A stretch of 64,000 bases of DNA from assembly GCF_001194135.2 (NCBI RefSeq), contig NC_068983.1:157420720-157484719 (forward strand), in the 5' to 3' direction. Source of the DNA: Octopus bimaculoides. Lineage: Eukaryota. Below the pieces are notes generated by a model. That model saw only the letters and a list, made by a program, of their open reading frames with translations. It had not been told where the DNA came from and did not search any database. A program made the translations under genes and the position numbers. The stretch's first letter is position 1, and every line of letters begins with the position of its first letter. Of the stretch, positions 1 through 42,882 are shown piece by piece.

Positions 1-32045
<32,045 letters not shown>

Positions 32046-32133
32046 GCAAAGAAAACAACCAAAAGAGTTATTCATTACGATATTTCATATTGGTAATACT
32101 ATAATATTTGTACTAGAACTGCACAAAGTTATC

Positions 32134-32139
32134 AATAAA
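32134..32139 (+). promoter_or_regulatory. Probable polyadenylation signal of DYNC1H1
   Basis: First AATAAA, 88 nt after the stop; TGTA upstream and a GT/T-rich tract downstream. Confidence 0.6.
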
Positions 32140-32619
32140 GGTATATGCTTATAAATTGGTGTTTGTATTTTCTATGTACTGAGCTGTTAGGAAGAATATG
32201 GTTTTGGTTCAACAGAAATATATTTGCTATGTTTCCTCTTTTTAATATTTAATATGACAACAAAAACTTTTCAGTTGGTGTGTTCAAAATTAGGCTATTG
32301 AGTTATTTAGAGCATCAATATATATTTAAGTTTAAAAAGTGATAAGATTAAATGTTGGCAAATTTATTTGGATGAATATCTGATGTTCCGTACGAGTAGT
32401 GATAAGATAATGTTATGGATGAAGATGTTTTGTCTTTTACTTATTTCATTGATTGGACTGTGGCCATGCTGGGGTATCACCTTGAAGAAATTTAGTTGAA
32501 TAAATCAACCTCAACACTCAATTTTTTTAAAGCCCATTCCTTATTCTATCAGCTTCTTATGCTGAACCACTAAGAGGGATGTAAGCAAACCAATACTGGT
32601 TGTCAAGTGGTGATGTGAC

Positions 32620-33120
32620 ACATGTAGTTTCTTGCAAATCTATAGTAACAAAGGACCTCTCCCTCAGAATGAAAGATTGTATAATGCCTGTGTACAAACT
32701 GCCATGCTACATGGCAGCGAAATTGGGCTGTGACTGAAGAGGACATGCAATGGCTTGAAAGAAATGAAGCCAGCGTGCTCTAATACAGGGGTTTTCAAAC
32801 TTTTTGACTTGCGGACCCCTTTATATTTCAGGCTTTACCTTAGGGACCCCCTTATAAACGCTTATGAAATTTATACATAAATATTTGCTTAAAATAACAT
32901 ATTTTTACATTTATTTATTTAACAGTATTTAACAAATAGGTTTATTGTCAATTAAAAGATTTCGATTAATAAACATATATAAAATCAAATTGCCCATAAA
33001 ATGTTTTTGCTGTCTACGGACCCCCTGTTTTGTCCTTGCGGACCCCCCTGTGGTCCACGGACCACAGTTTGAAAACCCCTGCTCTAATAGATGTGCAGTG
33101 TCAGTGCATGTAGGAGGCAC
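32620..33120 (+). mobile_element. RTE LINE fragment interrupted by a hAT MITE
   Basis: MLHGSEIGL*LKRTCNGLKEMK / EDMQWLERNEASVL...CSVSA remnant continues across the MITE. Confidence 0.75.
32786..33081. mobile_element. hAT (Charlie/Buster-type) MITE, 296 bp
   Basis: Perfect 16-bp TIR CAGGGGTTTTCAAACT (32786-32801 / 33066-33081); perfect 8-bp TSD CTCTAATA (32778-32785 / 33082-33089). Confidence 0.95.
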
Positions 33121-33299
33121 CTACCTAAGGTACCATGCAATGGGACTGAAATCAGAACCATGTGGTTGGGAGGCTATCGTCTTAACATGCAGCCACGTTT
33201 GAGAAATTTTTTTCAGTTATGAGTTACATGATTATGAATAAAATTCAGCTAGTTTTAATATAAAACTGAACTTTGAAACAATATTCAATATTTCACTTA

Positions 33300-34143
33300 A
33301 TATTTATCATCATTTAACATCCATTTTTCTACGACAGCATGGGTTAGATAGTTTAACTGGAACTGGAGAGCTGCTCCTGTCATCTATTTTGGCTTGGTTT
33401 CTATGGCTGGATGTCCTTAACACCAACCACCTTACAGTGTAGTGGGTGACATTTACATATCACCAGCATGGGTGCCTCTCGTGTTTTACTATCACTGGCC
33501 ACGACAAAACACAACAAATTGCCACAAGTCTCAGTCACTTGTCATTGCCTCTGGGAGCTTCAACAATTGAAGATCATATTTCACCACCACATCCCACATC
33601 TTGGGCTATCCCTTCAACTGCTTACCTCCACAATTAGAGATCAGCACTTGATACAGCTCTCAGCATCCATATGCATCACATAACCATACTGGCACAGTCT
33701 TCTCTCTTGTACACTACATTGATTCCTCTTGTATCCAATATTTTCATTCAAAACAGTCAGACATGCACACTGACATTGCACATCTATTGGAGCATACTGG
33801 CTTCATTTCTTTCAAACCTTTGCATGTCCTCTGCAGTGACAGCCCAATTTCACTGCTGTGTAGCATGGCTGTTTATACACAGGCATCATACAGTCTTTCA
33901 CTGAGAGAGAGGTCCTTTGTTACTGACAAAGGTAGGTCTGTGAATTTTGCCCAGCTCATTCTTATTCATGCAACTATGCTCTGAGCGTCTTCCTCCACTG
34001 CTGACTTATTCACCTAGTTAATGGAAACTATCAACTACTAAATATTCCCTCCCCGGGCATTTGAGGAAGTCTGTTTTCTGTACATTCCTAGTGTTTATTA
34101 TACCTGCACATCTACCACACACAAAGACTATTTTCTTTGTTAC
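33300..34143 (-). mobile_element. RTE LINE 3' fragment including the Cys-rich CGRC segment
   Basis: VFVCGRCAGIIN...YLVVDSFH, MLHSSE and GRG remnants plus a degenerate tail; runs into an N gap. Confidence 0.8.
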
Positions 34144-34724
34144 NNNNNNNNNNNNNNNNNNNNNNNNNNNNNNNNNNNNNNNNNNNNNNNNNNNNNNNNN
34201 NNNNNNNNNNNNNNNNNNNNNNNNNNNNNNNNNNNNNNNNNNNNNNNNNNNNNNNNNNNNNNNNNNNNNNNNNNNNNNNNNNNNNNNNNNNNNNNNNNNN
34301 NNNNNNNNNNNNNNNNNNNNNNNNNNNNNNNNNNNNNNNNNNNNNNNNNNNNNNNNNNNNNNNNNNNNNNNNNNNNNNNNNNNNNNNNNNNNNNNNNNNN
34401 NNNNNNNNNNNNNNNNNNNNNNNNNNNNNNNNNNNNNNNNNNNNNNNNNNNNNNNNNNNNNNNNNNNNNNNNNNNNNNNNNNNNNNNNNNNNNNNNNNNN
34501 NNNNNNNNNNNNNNNNNNNNNNNNNNNNNNNNNNNNNNNNNNNNNNNNNNNNNNNNNNNNNNNNNNNNNNNNNNNNNNNNNNNNNNNNNNNNNNNNNNNN
34601 NNNNNNNNNNNNNNNNNNNNNNNNNNNNNNNNNNNNNNNNNNNNNNNNNNNNNNNNNNNNNNNNNNNNNNNNNNNNNNNNNNNNNNNNNNNNNNNNNNNN
34701 NNNNNNNNNNNNNNNNNNNNNNNN
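34144..34724. other. Assembly gap (others: 5801-5810, 20384-20477, 37061-37262, 41931-42486, 46191-46829, 47788-48154)
   Basis: Runs of N, mostly inside repeats. Confidence 1.
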
Positions 34725-35664
34725 CAGAAGGCTTTGGTCGGCCCGAGGCTATAGTAGAAGACATTTGCCCAAGATGCCACGCAGTGGGACTGAACCCGGA
34801 ACCATGTGGTTGGTAAGCAAGCTACGTATTTTTAATCAGCATGAGTAAGTTGCTTCTTGAAAATTAGCTATTTTGTGTATTTAGATAGCTCACGGGTTTT
34901 ACAGCAAGATCCCCTAATATTTAAAGTCTCAACTCAAAATTGTGAGTGGTACCAGCTATCAGCCAGAATCAAAGCAAGTAGATTAATGGGTTTTAATGCA
35001 CTGTTTAATCATGTCTTCTGATATCTAGCTCCTCAATTTTAAAGCTGTTGTGCTTCACAACTCTAGATAGTATTTAAATGTTGACATGGTTTATCTTAAA
35101 GGTGAGACAAAGATATTGGGCTACACTGCTTTTGAGTGTTAATTTTCATTCTTTTATTTGCTTTAGTCATTTGTCTGGGGCCCAGTTTTGAAGGGTTTAG
35201 TCCAGTGGTTCCCAAACCGTGTGACGCAAGATGGATGTAATTAGGTGCGCCTCGAAAAAGACATTTCAAAATATGAAAAATACATAGTGAAATTCACTAG
35301 AAAGTTCGTATATGAGTCAAAGCGGCAAAAAACTAAATACTAAGTTCTAAATTAAGAATAAGAGGTGGTTGTGTCATTCAATTCATTTAGGCTAATTATG
35401 GTATGACTTATTCGATTTTGAATTTGAAATTTCATAAGGATAAGAACTAGTATCAATCTATCCTCGAAATTGATGTCTTTTGGACATATTCAGTGCACGA
35501 CTATGTTTCGTTTTATTTCAGTCGTAGCCTCAGCAGTTTTCATTTCAATAATAAGTGTGAAAAATAAACTATTGAACTAAAATATACGATGTTGAACTAA
35601 CTCTTTTAATACATCCTCACATATTGTGGCTATATTTCAATTTTTTTCATTCATGTCATCATCA

Positions 35665-35935
35665 TCATCATTTAACGTCAGTTTTCCGTGCTGGCATGGG
35701 GTGGATGGTTTGACTGGTGGACTGGCAGGCCAATGTTTCTACAGCTGGATGCCCTTCCTAGCACCAACCACTCCGAGAGTGTAGTGGCTGCTTTTTATGT
35801 GCCACCAGCATGGGAGCCAGCCAGTCAGGCGGCACTGGCATCAACCACATTCAGATAGTGCTTTTTATATGCTACCAACACAGGAGCGGTCAGTGGGGGC
35901 TGGCAACGATCCACACTTGAATGGTGCTTATTAAG
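35665..35935 (-). mobile_element. RTE-tail copy nested in the hAT element
   Basis: (CAT)n-TTAACGTC...CATGGG family match plus about two 66-bp UTR repeats. Confidence 0.8.
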
Positions 35936-36652
35936 TGCATGTCAAAATTCGTACATGTTCGTACATGTCAAAATTCTTTATTCATTTAATTTCTAATGAA
36001 CATAAATGGGATATACCAATACTATATTTGCATACAAATACATAAACTAAGAATATGCAAAAGAAACTAATAAATTATAGTAATTAATGAATTTATATAC
36101 AAATATAAATATTTAGGGGTGAAAAAAGTATTCGTACAGAATGAATTTGAGTTTCTATGCCACAAAATATTGTTGAAATAATTTTTTTTTTTTTTTACTA
36201 GAACTTTCTCGTTTGTTCCAGTAATCTTATCTGTAGTCATTTTTAAGTGTCAAAACGCTAGCTTCTTCATTCAGCACTGAGACAACATAAAGTAGTGTCA
36301 ATTTGACTCTATTAGTAATCTGTGCAATATAATTCATATTAAGACTAAACTACCCATAAAATGGAAAAGGGGAAACATAACTGTGACTATTATCTGAAAG
36401 TGAACGTTCGTCAAAAGCAACTAAGCGTAGTGATAATAATGTGAAAGCTCGACCCAATTGTAAATATTGCAATAGCTATTTAAAGTTTGGGTTCCATTGG
36501 ACTGGCAAAAAGGATCAACCTCTTCTGCTGTGTGTTGTTTGTGTTGAAAAGATGTCTAATGAAGGCAAGTTGTTTTGCCAGTTGAAAAGACATTTTATGA
36601 CTAAACACATTTTCAATGTAAAGATCTGAATTATTTCCAAAGACTGCTAGAA

Positions 36653-37540
36653 GATCCAATTTTTCTCTCGTAACTTTCAGGAAAATGGATATATATTGAT
36701 GAAATTTTATAAAAAATACTGTTCAAATGGCACAAATTATGGTTATAAAGAAATTTCTGGGGAGAATTTTTCCAAAGGAGTGGAGAGAGGACTTGGAAAA
36801 TTCACATGATCGTTTTTTTTTTTTTTTCCCCTCATAACTTTCAGGAAAATGGACATCCTTTAATGAAATTTTACAGAAACTCCTTTCAAACAGCATAGAT
36901 TACGATTATAAAGAAATTTGTGGAGAAAATGTTTTTCCAGAGGACTGTCAGAAAGTTCATGTGGTATCCATTTTTCTGAAAGTTACGAGGGAAAAAATCG
37001 GATTGTGAATTTTTTGAAAGTCCTCTCACCACCCATTTGTTTGTGCAAATTTTTGTTTTCNNNNNNNNNNNNNNNNNNNNNNNNNNNNNNNNNNNNNNNN
37101 NNNNNNNNNNNNNNNNNNNNNNNNNNNNNNNNNNNNNNNNNNNNNNNNNNNNNNNNNNNNNNNNNNNNNNNNNNNNNNNNNNNNNNNNNNNNNNNNNNNN
37201 NNNNNNNNNNNNNNNNNNNNNNNNNNNNNNNNNNNNNNNNNNNNNNNNNNNNNNNNNNNNNNACAAATTTCTTTATAATCGTAATCTATGCTGTTTGAAA
37301 GGTGTTTCTGTAAAATTTCATTAAAAGGTATCCCTTTTCCTGAAAGTTATGAGGGGGGAAAAAATGGATCATGTGAATTTTCTGACAGTCCTCTCTCCAC
37401 CTCTTCAGAAAAAATTTTCCCCAGAAATTTCTTCATGATCATAATTTGTGCCATTTGAACGGTATTTCTATATATATCCATTTTCCTGAAAGTTATGAGG
37501 GAAAAATCAGATCTTGTGAATTTTCCAAAAGTCCTCTCAA
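36653..37540. repeat. Foldback-like element: long inverted arms built of ~150-165-bp subrepeats
   Basis: 36653-36921 is the reverse complement of 37263-37513; unit marker TAACTTTCAGGAAAATGG at 36671 and 36835; N gap 37061-37262. Confidence 0.85.
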
Positions 37541-38378
37541 TTTTGGGCTTCAAAGTTAGAATATTTAACCAAGATATTTGCACAACTTAACAGCGTCAAC
37601 ACAAGTATGCAAGGTAGAAATGAAAACATTCTCAATTCAACAGATAAGCTGGTTTCATTTAAAAAGAAAGTTGCAATTTGGAAAAATAGAGCTGAAGGTG
37701 GTAACTTCGAAATGTTTCCCTTAATACGTAAAAGCTGCATAAAAAGAAATGATTCCTATTGTGTTTGAACATTTGACAAATCTAGAAGAAAATATAAACT
37801 TATTTTCTGTCGTTGAACACAGAAGAGTATGATTGGGTTTGAAATCCCTTCATAAAAATTCCATCTAATATTGGTCTGAAAATATGTGAAGAGGAATTGG
37901 CATCTATATCCAGTGATCGTGGACTTTAAATTAAATATGCTGAGTTACCTATTGGTATATTTTGGATTGTTATTATACAAGAATACCCCTCAGTAGCAAA
38001 AAAGGCTTTATCCATTTTGATACAGTTTTCCACATCGTATTTATGTGAGTTGGGATTTTCAACCCTCAGTAACATCAAATCCCAAAAAAAGAGATAGGCT
38101 CTATTACATCAAATAAGAAATGAGAGCTTGTCTTTCTCAAATACATCCCAATATTGAAAACATTTCTCATTGATAATTTTGCTTCATATATTGAATAAAG
38201 AGTAAGTACATGCAATTTTTCTGTATTTTTAATTATATATATTACTTTATAGTTTATGCTATGCTAATATGTATAAAACCCCTTTTGAATAAATTTTAGA
38301 ATTTATGTACAAAGAGCACCAAAATATTTTGACTTCTTGTAAGGTGTGCTGTGAGTAAAAAAAGTTTGGGAACCATTG

Positions 38379-38715
38379 GTTTAGTCAAACCAATTGATCT
38401 CAGTAGCTATTTATTTTTAGTGTGGTATTTGCTCTATCAGCCTCTTATGACAAATCAGTGTCACAGGGACCTAAACCAATGAACACTAGTTGTCAAGTAG
38501 TGCAGGGACACCACTTGAAACAGAGATATGTATACACACACACACACTTGTGATGGGCTTCCATTGAGTAGTTCTCATCTACATCATTCACTTACAAAAG
38601 ATTGGTTGGCCCAAGGTTATAGTAAGAGACACTTGTCCAAGGTGGTGCACAGTGGGACTGATCCTGAAACCATGTGGCTGCAAAGTGAATTTTTTAACTC
38701 CTCAACCATGCTGAC
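38379..38715 (-). mobile_element. tRNA-SINE (third family) split by the hAT insertion; other part ~35150-35202
   Basis: GAAGGGTTTAGTC|AAACCAATTGATC rejoins the family sequence seen at 30510-30540. Confidence 0.75.
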
Positions 38716-39009
38716 ATAAGATGATTTTATAAGGTTTTGTTTCTAAAATTTACTCAACCAACAATGACAATTGTTTCTTCTTCAATATAGATTTTGCAAT
38801 TCTACTTTTCCATTACTGGTGCATCAGAATATGTCAATGTCTGACAAAGTTTGAAAATATTTTTTGTTTATGTAAAATTAAAGTTTAGCCTCTGGATTAA
38901 GTTAGTAGAATCTAATCTCAAGTACACTGCAATGATAGCTCTTTGTCCTAAAGAATTATCGAAAAACTATATATTTTTGATAGTAAAAACACCCCAACAA
39001 TATAGTTAT

Positions 39010-39165
39010 CATCATCATCGTTTAACGTCCGCTTTCCATGCTAGCATGGGTTGGACGATTTGACTGAGGACTGGTGAAACCGGATGGCAACACCAGGCTC
39101 CAATCTAAATTTGGCAGAGTTTCTACAGCTGGATGCCCTTCCTAACGCCAACCACTCAGAGAGTG
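39010..39165 (-). mobile_element. Young 5'-truncated RTE-tail insertion with TSD
   Basis: 7-bp TSD TAGTTAT (39003-39009 / 39166-39172); 1 mismatch to 59795-59944 over ~150 bp. Confidence 0.9.
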
Positions 39166-39750
39166 TAGTTATGCAAGTACAAATTGATGTAAGCAATGAG
39201 AAAAACCTACACAAATAAAGAACAAGTCCAACCATGAAAACTGCTGTTAATGCTTTCATTATCTAGCTGCTTTCTCACATTCATGATCTTTTTTTTTTTC
39301 TTTATTGCTTCCTTGTTCTTTCCACTGAATCGACCATCCTACATTCCATTTGCACCAGTAAACAATAATATAGACAACCTTTAGGCGTTTGTCCTTTGAA
39401 TAAAACAAAAGCCAGTCCCTCAAAATTTAACCCATGTCAAAAACAATGATTAACACTGTTCAATGTATTCTTATAGTCATAAGATAGAGTTTCCCAATAA
39501 TTTTAACAATGCCAATACAATCCTAACTATTCAAATTAGTACTCAGATATTTGACACCTCACCCAGATTCATAAAGTCCTCCTAACTTTATAACAACTGC
39601 ATACCCCTTTCTCTACCCCATAGTGGGAGTGGAGTTGTCAACTTTTGATATAATAAATGTATCTGTCCTCTGTACGCAAAGTATTGAGTTCTGTACCAGA
39701 TAACATTGTTAGCACAATGTAAAATATATTTCAATATACTTTACAACTAT

Positions 39751-40996
39751 TTAGGTTGTCAAGTATGAAATTTGTAGAAAAGAAAAAAAAGTTTGCTAAT
39801 GTTTTATAAATACAAGGAATAGTTTTATTTATCAAAATATGCACCCATATTATTAATACACTTCTGCCATTTCAGCAGTAGTTTGTCCAGCCCGGAACTG
39901 TAAAAGCCTAGCAATCTAGAGTCGATAAAATCTTGGAAGGCCTGTTTTACAGCATCGTCAGAAGAAGTGGTAGTCAGTGGAAGAAGTGGTGGTCAGTGGA
40001 GGCAAGATCAGGTGAGTATGGTGGATGATGGAGAACTTCCAACTCCTGTAGTTTCGCCAATGTCACTTTCTCAATGTGTGGTCTGGCATTGTCTTGCAAT
40101 AAAATAGGAGTGGATCTGTCGACTAATCTAGTGTCTTTTTGTAAGTTTCTGCATCATTTGGTCCAGTTGGCTGCAGTATACTTCGGCTGTGATGGATGAG
40201 CCAGGTTTAATGAACTCATAATGGATCACATCTGCACCAGACCACCAAACAAACACCATCAGCTTCTTTCGATAAATTTTGCTTTTTGGACTGTGTTTTG
40301 GTGACTCGTCTTTGTCCAACCATTGTGCTGAACTTTTATGGTTGTTGTATTGGATCCATTTCTCATCACATGTTACAATTCGATTAAAAAATGATTCAAT
40401 TTTGTGACGAGAAAGTAGCATAATGCAGGCTTCCAAATATTGCTGTTTCTGATTTTCATTGAGTTCATGTGGAACCTACTCATCCATCTTTATCACTTTA
40501 CCAATTTGAACTAGGTGAGTCGATATTGTTTGCTTGCTAACACCAAACAACAACGATAATTCATGGGCAATTTGAGATGGATCTGACTCGACGGTGGCTT
40601 TCCGTTCGTCATTATCTACCTTTGTTTCTAGTTGACTGCGTTGCTCATTTGTGAGGTCAAAGTTACCAGAATGAAGTTTTGCAAACCAATTTGATACTGT
40701 ATGCTGTGTAATAAAATTAGAATGAAATTCCAAGCTGTCTGTAATGCTGTATTTCCAAGAAAGAACTCATATTTCAAAACTGTATGCATTTCTGACTTAT
40801 CCATCTCTAAACATAAGTAACAAAAAACAATTTATAAATACTTTATAAAGTGCAAAATGAGTTATAATAAAGAAATAGGTCTGTCAGCTTTCTAATAAAA
40901 AAAATAAAGATTGTCAAAATATTATAATGGCACAAATTGAGCAGCTGTCAAAGTTTATCATATACCTTACTACAAATTTCATACTTGACAACCTAA
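39751..40996 (-). mobile_element. Full-length decayed mariner transposon
   Basis: Perfect 27-bp TIR TTAGGTTGTCAAGTATGAAATTTGTAG (39751-39777 / 40970-40996) with TA flanks; motifs (W>*)VPHEL, RIVTCDEKWI, LLQDNARPH, YSPDLASTD, WQKCI; stops and frameshifts present. Confidence 0.95.
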
Positions 40997-41628
40997 TATA
41001 TATAATATATATTGTCCCACCCACATAAATACTCTCTCTCTCTCTCTCTCTCTATCTCTCCACCACTATCATCAACGCCAAAATCAATACAACTACTTCC
41101 AATTTCAACCCACCAACTCCTTGGTAACCAACAACAACAGCAGCAGCAGCAACAAGAGTATGAACAAGATAAGCAACTCTATCTAAAACAAGGCAATGAT
41201 ATGAGATAATGTGGTTACAGACATATTTTAAAAATTGAACAAAATGTCTCTGATCTTAGGTCAATAAAGATTGACTTAAGACTAACTAGTAGCAAAAATA
41301 CAAGCAGCAAGAACTGCCACTGCAAAAAATACTTCCCACCATCATTGACACTACAACAAATCCATCAACTTTTGAATAACCAACTGATAACAACAATAGT
41401 ATCATTATGATAGCAATGTTTGTAACTACATACATTTTGTCCACACAGCAGTGTGTATGTTTGTGTGCATGAGTAGATTGTGGAGTTTTTATGACATAAG
41501 TCAGACGTGTAAGGGGCGAAGTGCCCATGAATCTGGTAATCTTTCAAATAACTGTAATCGTACAGTATTTCCTCCTTCCACCACACTTCATCTTTTCATC
41601 TTCTTTCTATTTTTACATTTATAGGAAT

Positions 41629-42781
41629 ACTAGCAGAAATACCCGGCTTTGCCCGGGTTAAAGAGAATAATGAAATCTAAAAACGCCGTCTAGACTACGC
41701 AACCCTCAACTGTTAGTAGCTACGATATGTGTGTCGTAGTGATAATAAAAAGACCCAAAGGAGGTCTGCAACGAAAAAATTTTACTCAACACTTTGCAAG
41801 TGAATCAGTGGAGGCAAAGATGCGTCTCATTTACTTGACAATTTATGCACCACATTGCAGAAATCACAATGAAAGTATATCTGAAAGGGTAGTCTTACAC
41901 TGTTGTACCGTTGAATTACAAATAATGCTCNNNNNNNNNNNNNNNNNNNNNNNNNNNNNNNNNNNNNNNNNNNNNNNNNNNNNNNNNNNNNNNNNNNNNN
42001 NNNNNNNNNNNNNNNNNNNNNNNNNNNNNNNNNNNNNNNNNNNNNNNNNNNNNNNNNNNNNNNNNNNNNNNNNNNNNNNNNNNNNNNNNNNNNNNNNNNN
42101 NNNNNNNNNNNNNNNNNNNNNNNNNNNNNNNNNNNNNNNNNNNNNNNNNNNNNNNNNNNNNNNNNNNNNNNNNNNNNNNNNNNNNNNNNNNNNNNNNNNN
42201 NNNNNNNNNNNNNNNNNNNNNNNNNNNNNNNNNNNNNNNNNNNNNNNNNNNNNNNNNNNNNNNNNNNNNNNNNNNNNNNNNNNNNNNNNNNNNNNNNNNN
42301 NNNNNNNNNNNNNNNNNNNNNNNNNNNNNNNNNNNNNNNNNNNNNNNNNNNNNNNNNNNNNNNNNNNNNNNNNNNNNNNNNNNNNNNNNNNNNNNNNNNN
42401 NNNNNNNNNNNNNNNNNNNNNNNNNNNNNNNNNNNNNNNNNNNNNNNNNNNNNNNNNNNNNNNNNNNNNNNNNNNNNNNNNNNNNNAAATGTGATTGTTT
42501 CAGTTAGTAGAATAGTTTCATTTTTAAAGTGAAAGTATTTGACATGAGTGTTTTTGTTTCACTTTTGACACGTAATACTTAAATAGTGGAGGAGATATTA
42601 TGTTGCTGTGGGCTCGAACTCTGGAAGAAGTAAAAAAAATTTTTGACTAAAACACAACTGGAAACCTAAGTAAGGCATCTGTAAAATTTGAATGAAATTG
42701 GTTGCGTAGTTCTCGAGTTTTAGGGATTCACACAGACAGACAGACAGACAGACACACATTCTCATTTTTATATATATAGAT
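41629..42781 (+). mobile_element. Non-autonomous Helitron/HINE (Lep1/DINE-1-like) element
   Basis: 5' ACTAGCAG plus hairpin ACCCGG-CTTTGC-CCGGGT (41641-41658); 3' AAATTTGAATGAAATTGGTTGCGTAGTT, (ACAG)n, ...TATATATAGAT; middle lies in N gap 41931-42486. Confidence 0.7.
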
Positions 42782-42882
42782 GACAGTAATTTGTTTTGGT
42801 CTCACAAAGCAGTTCTTTCCGGGTGTTGCTTTATATTACATATTTGTTACAGATAATTAATTGTTGTTACCTACATTTCAAG

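Larger units (their letters stand above)
35203..38378 (+). mobile_element. hAT (Buster/Charlie, ZBED5/SCAND3-like) transposon, internally deleted, 3176 bp
   Basis: TIR CAGTGGTTCCCAAAC / GTTTGGGAACCATTG (14/15); perfect TSD GTTTAGTC (35195-35202 / 38379-38386); transposase remnants YLKFGF..CVVC..LKRHFMTKH (36441-36629), YLTKIFAQLNSVNTSMQG (37562-37730) and hATC ALSILIQFSTSYLCELGFS (~37980-38075). Confidence 0.95.

Noticed and set aside
40476-40478. Amber stop in mariner WVPHEL that A-to-I editing could convert to Trp
   Set aside because: A downstream frameshift and the duplication/deletion at the catalytic Asp would still inactivate the protein
41012-41209. Poly-Q ORF (CAA/CAG run)
   Set aside because: Low-complexity microsatellite sequence next to (CT)n; no splice or homology support
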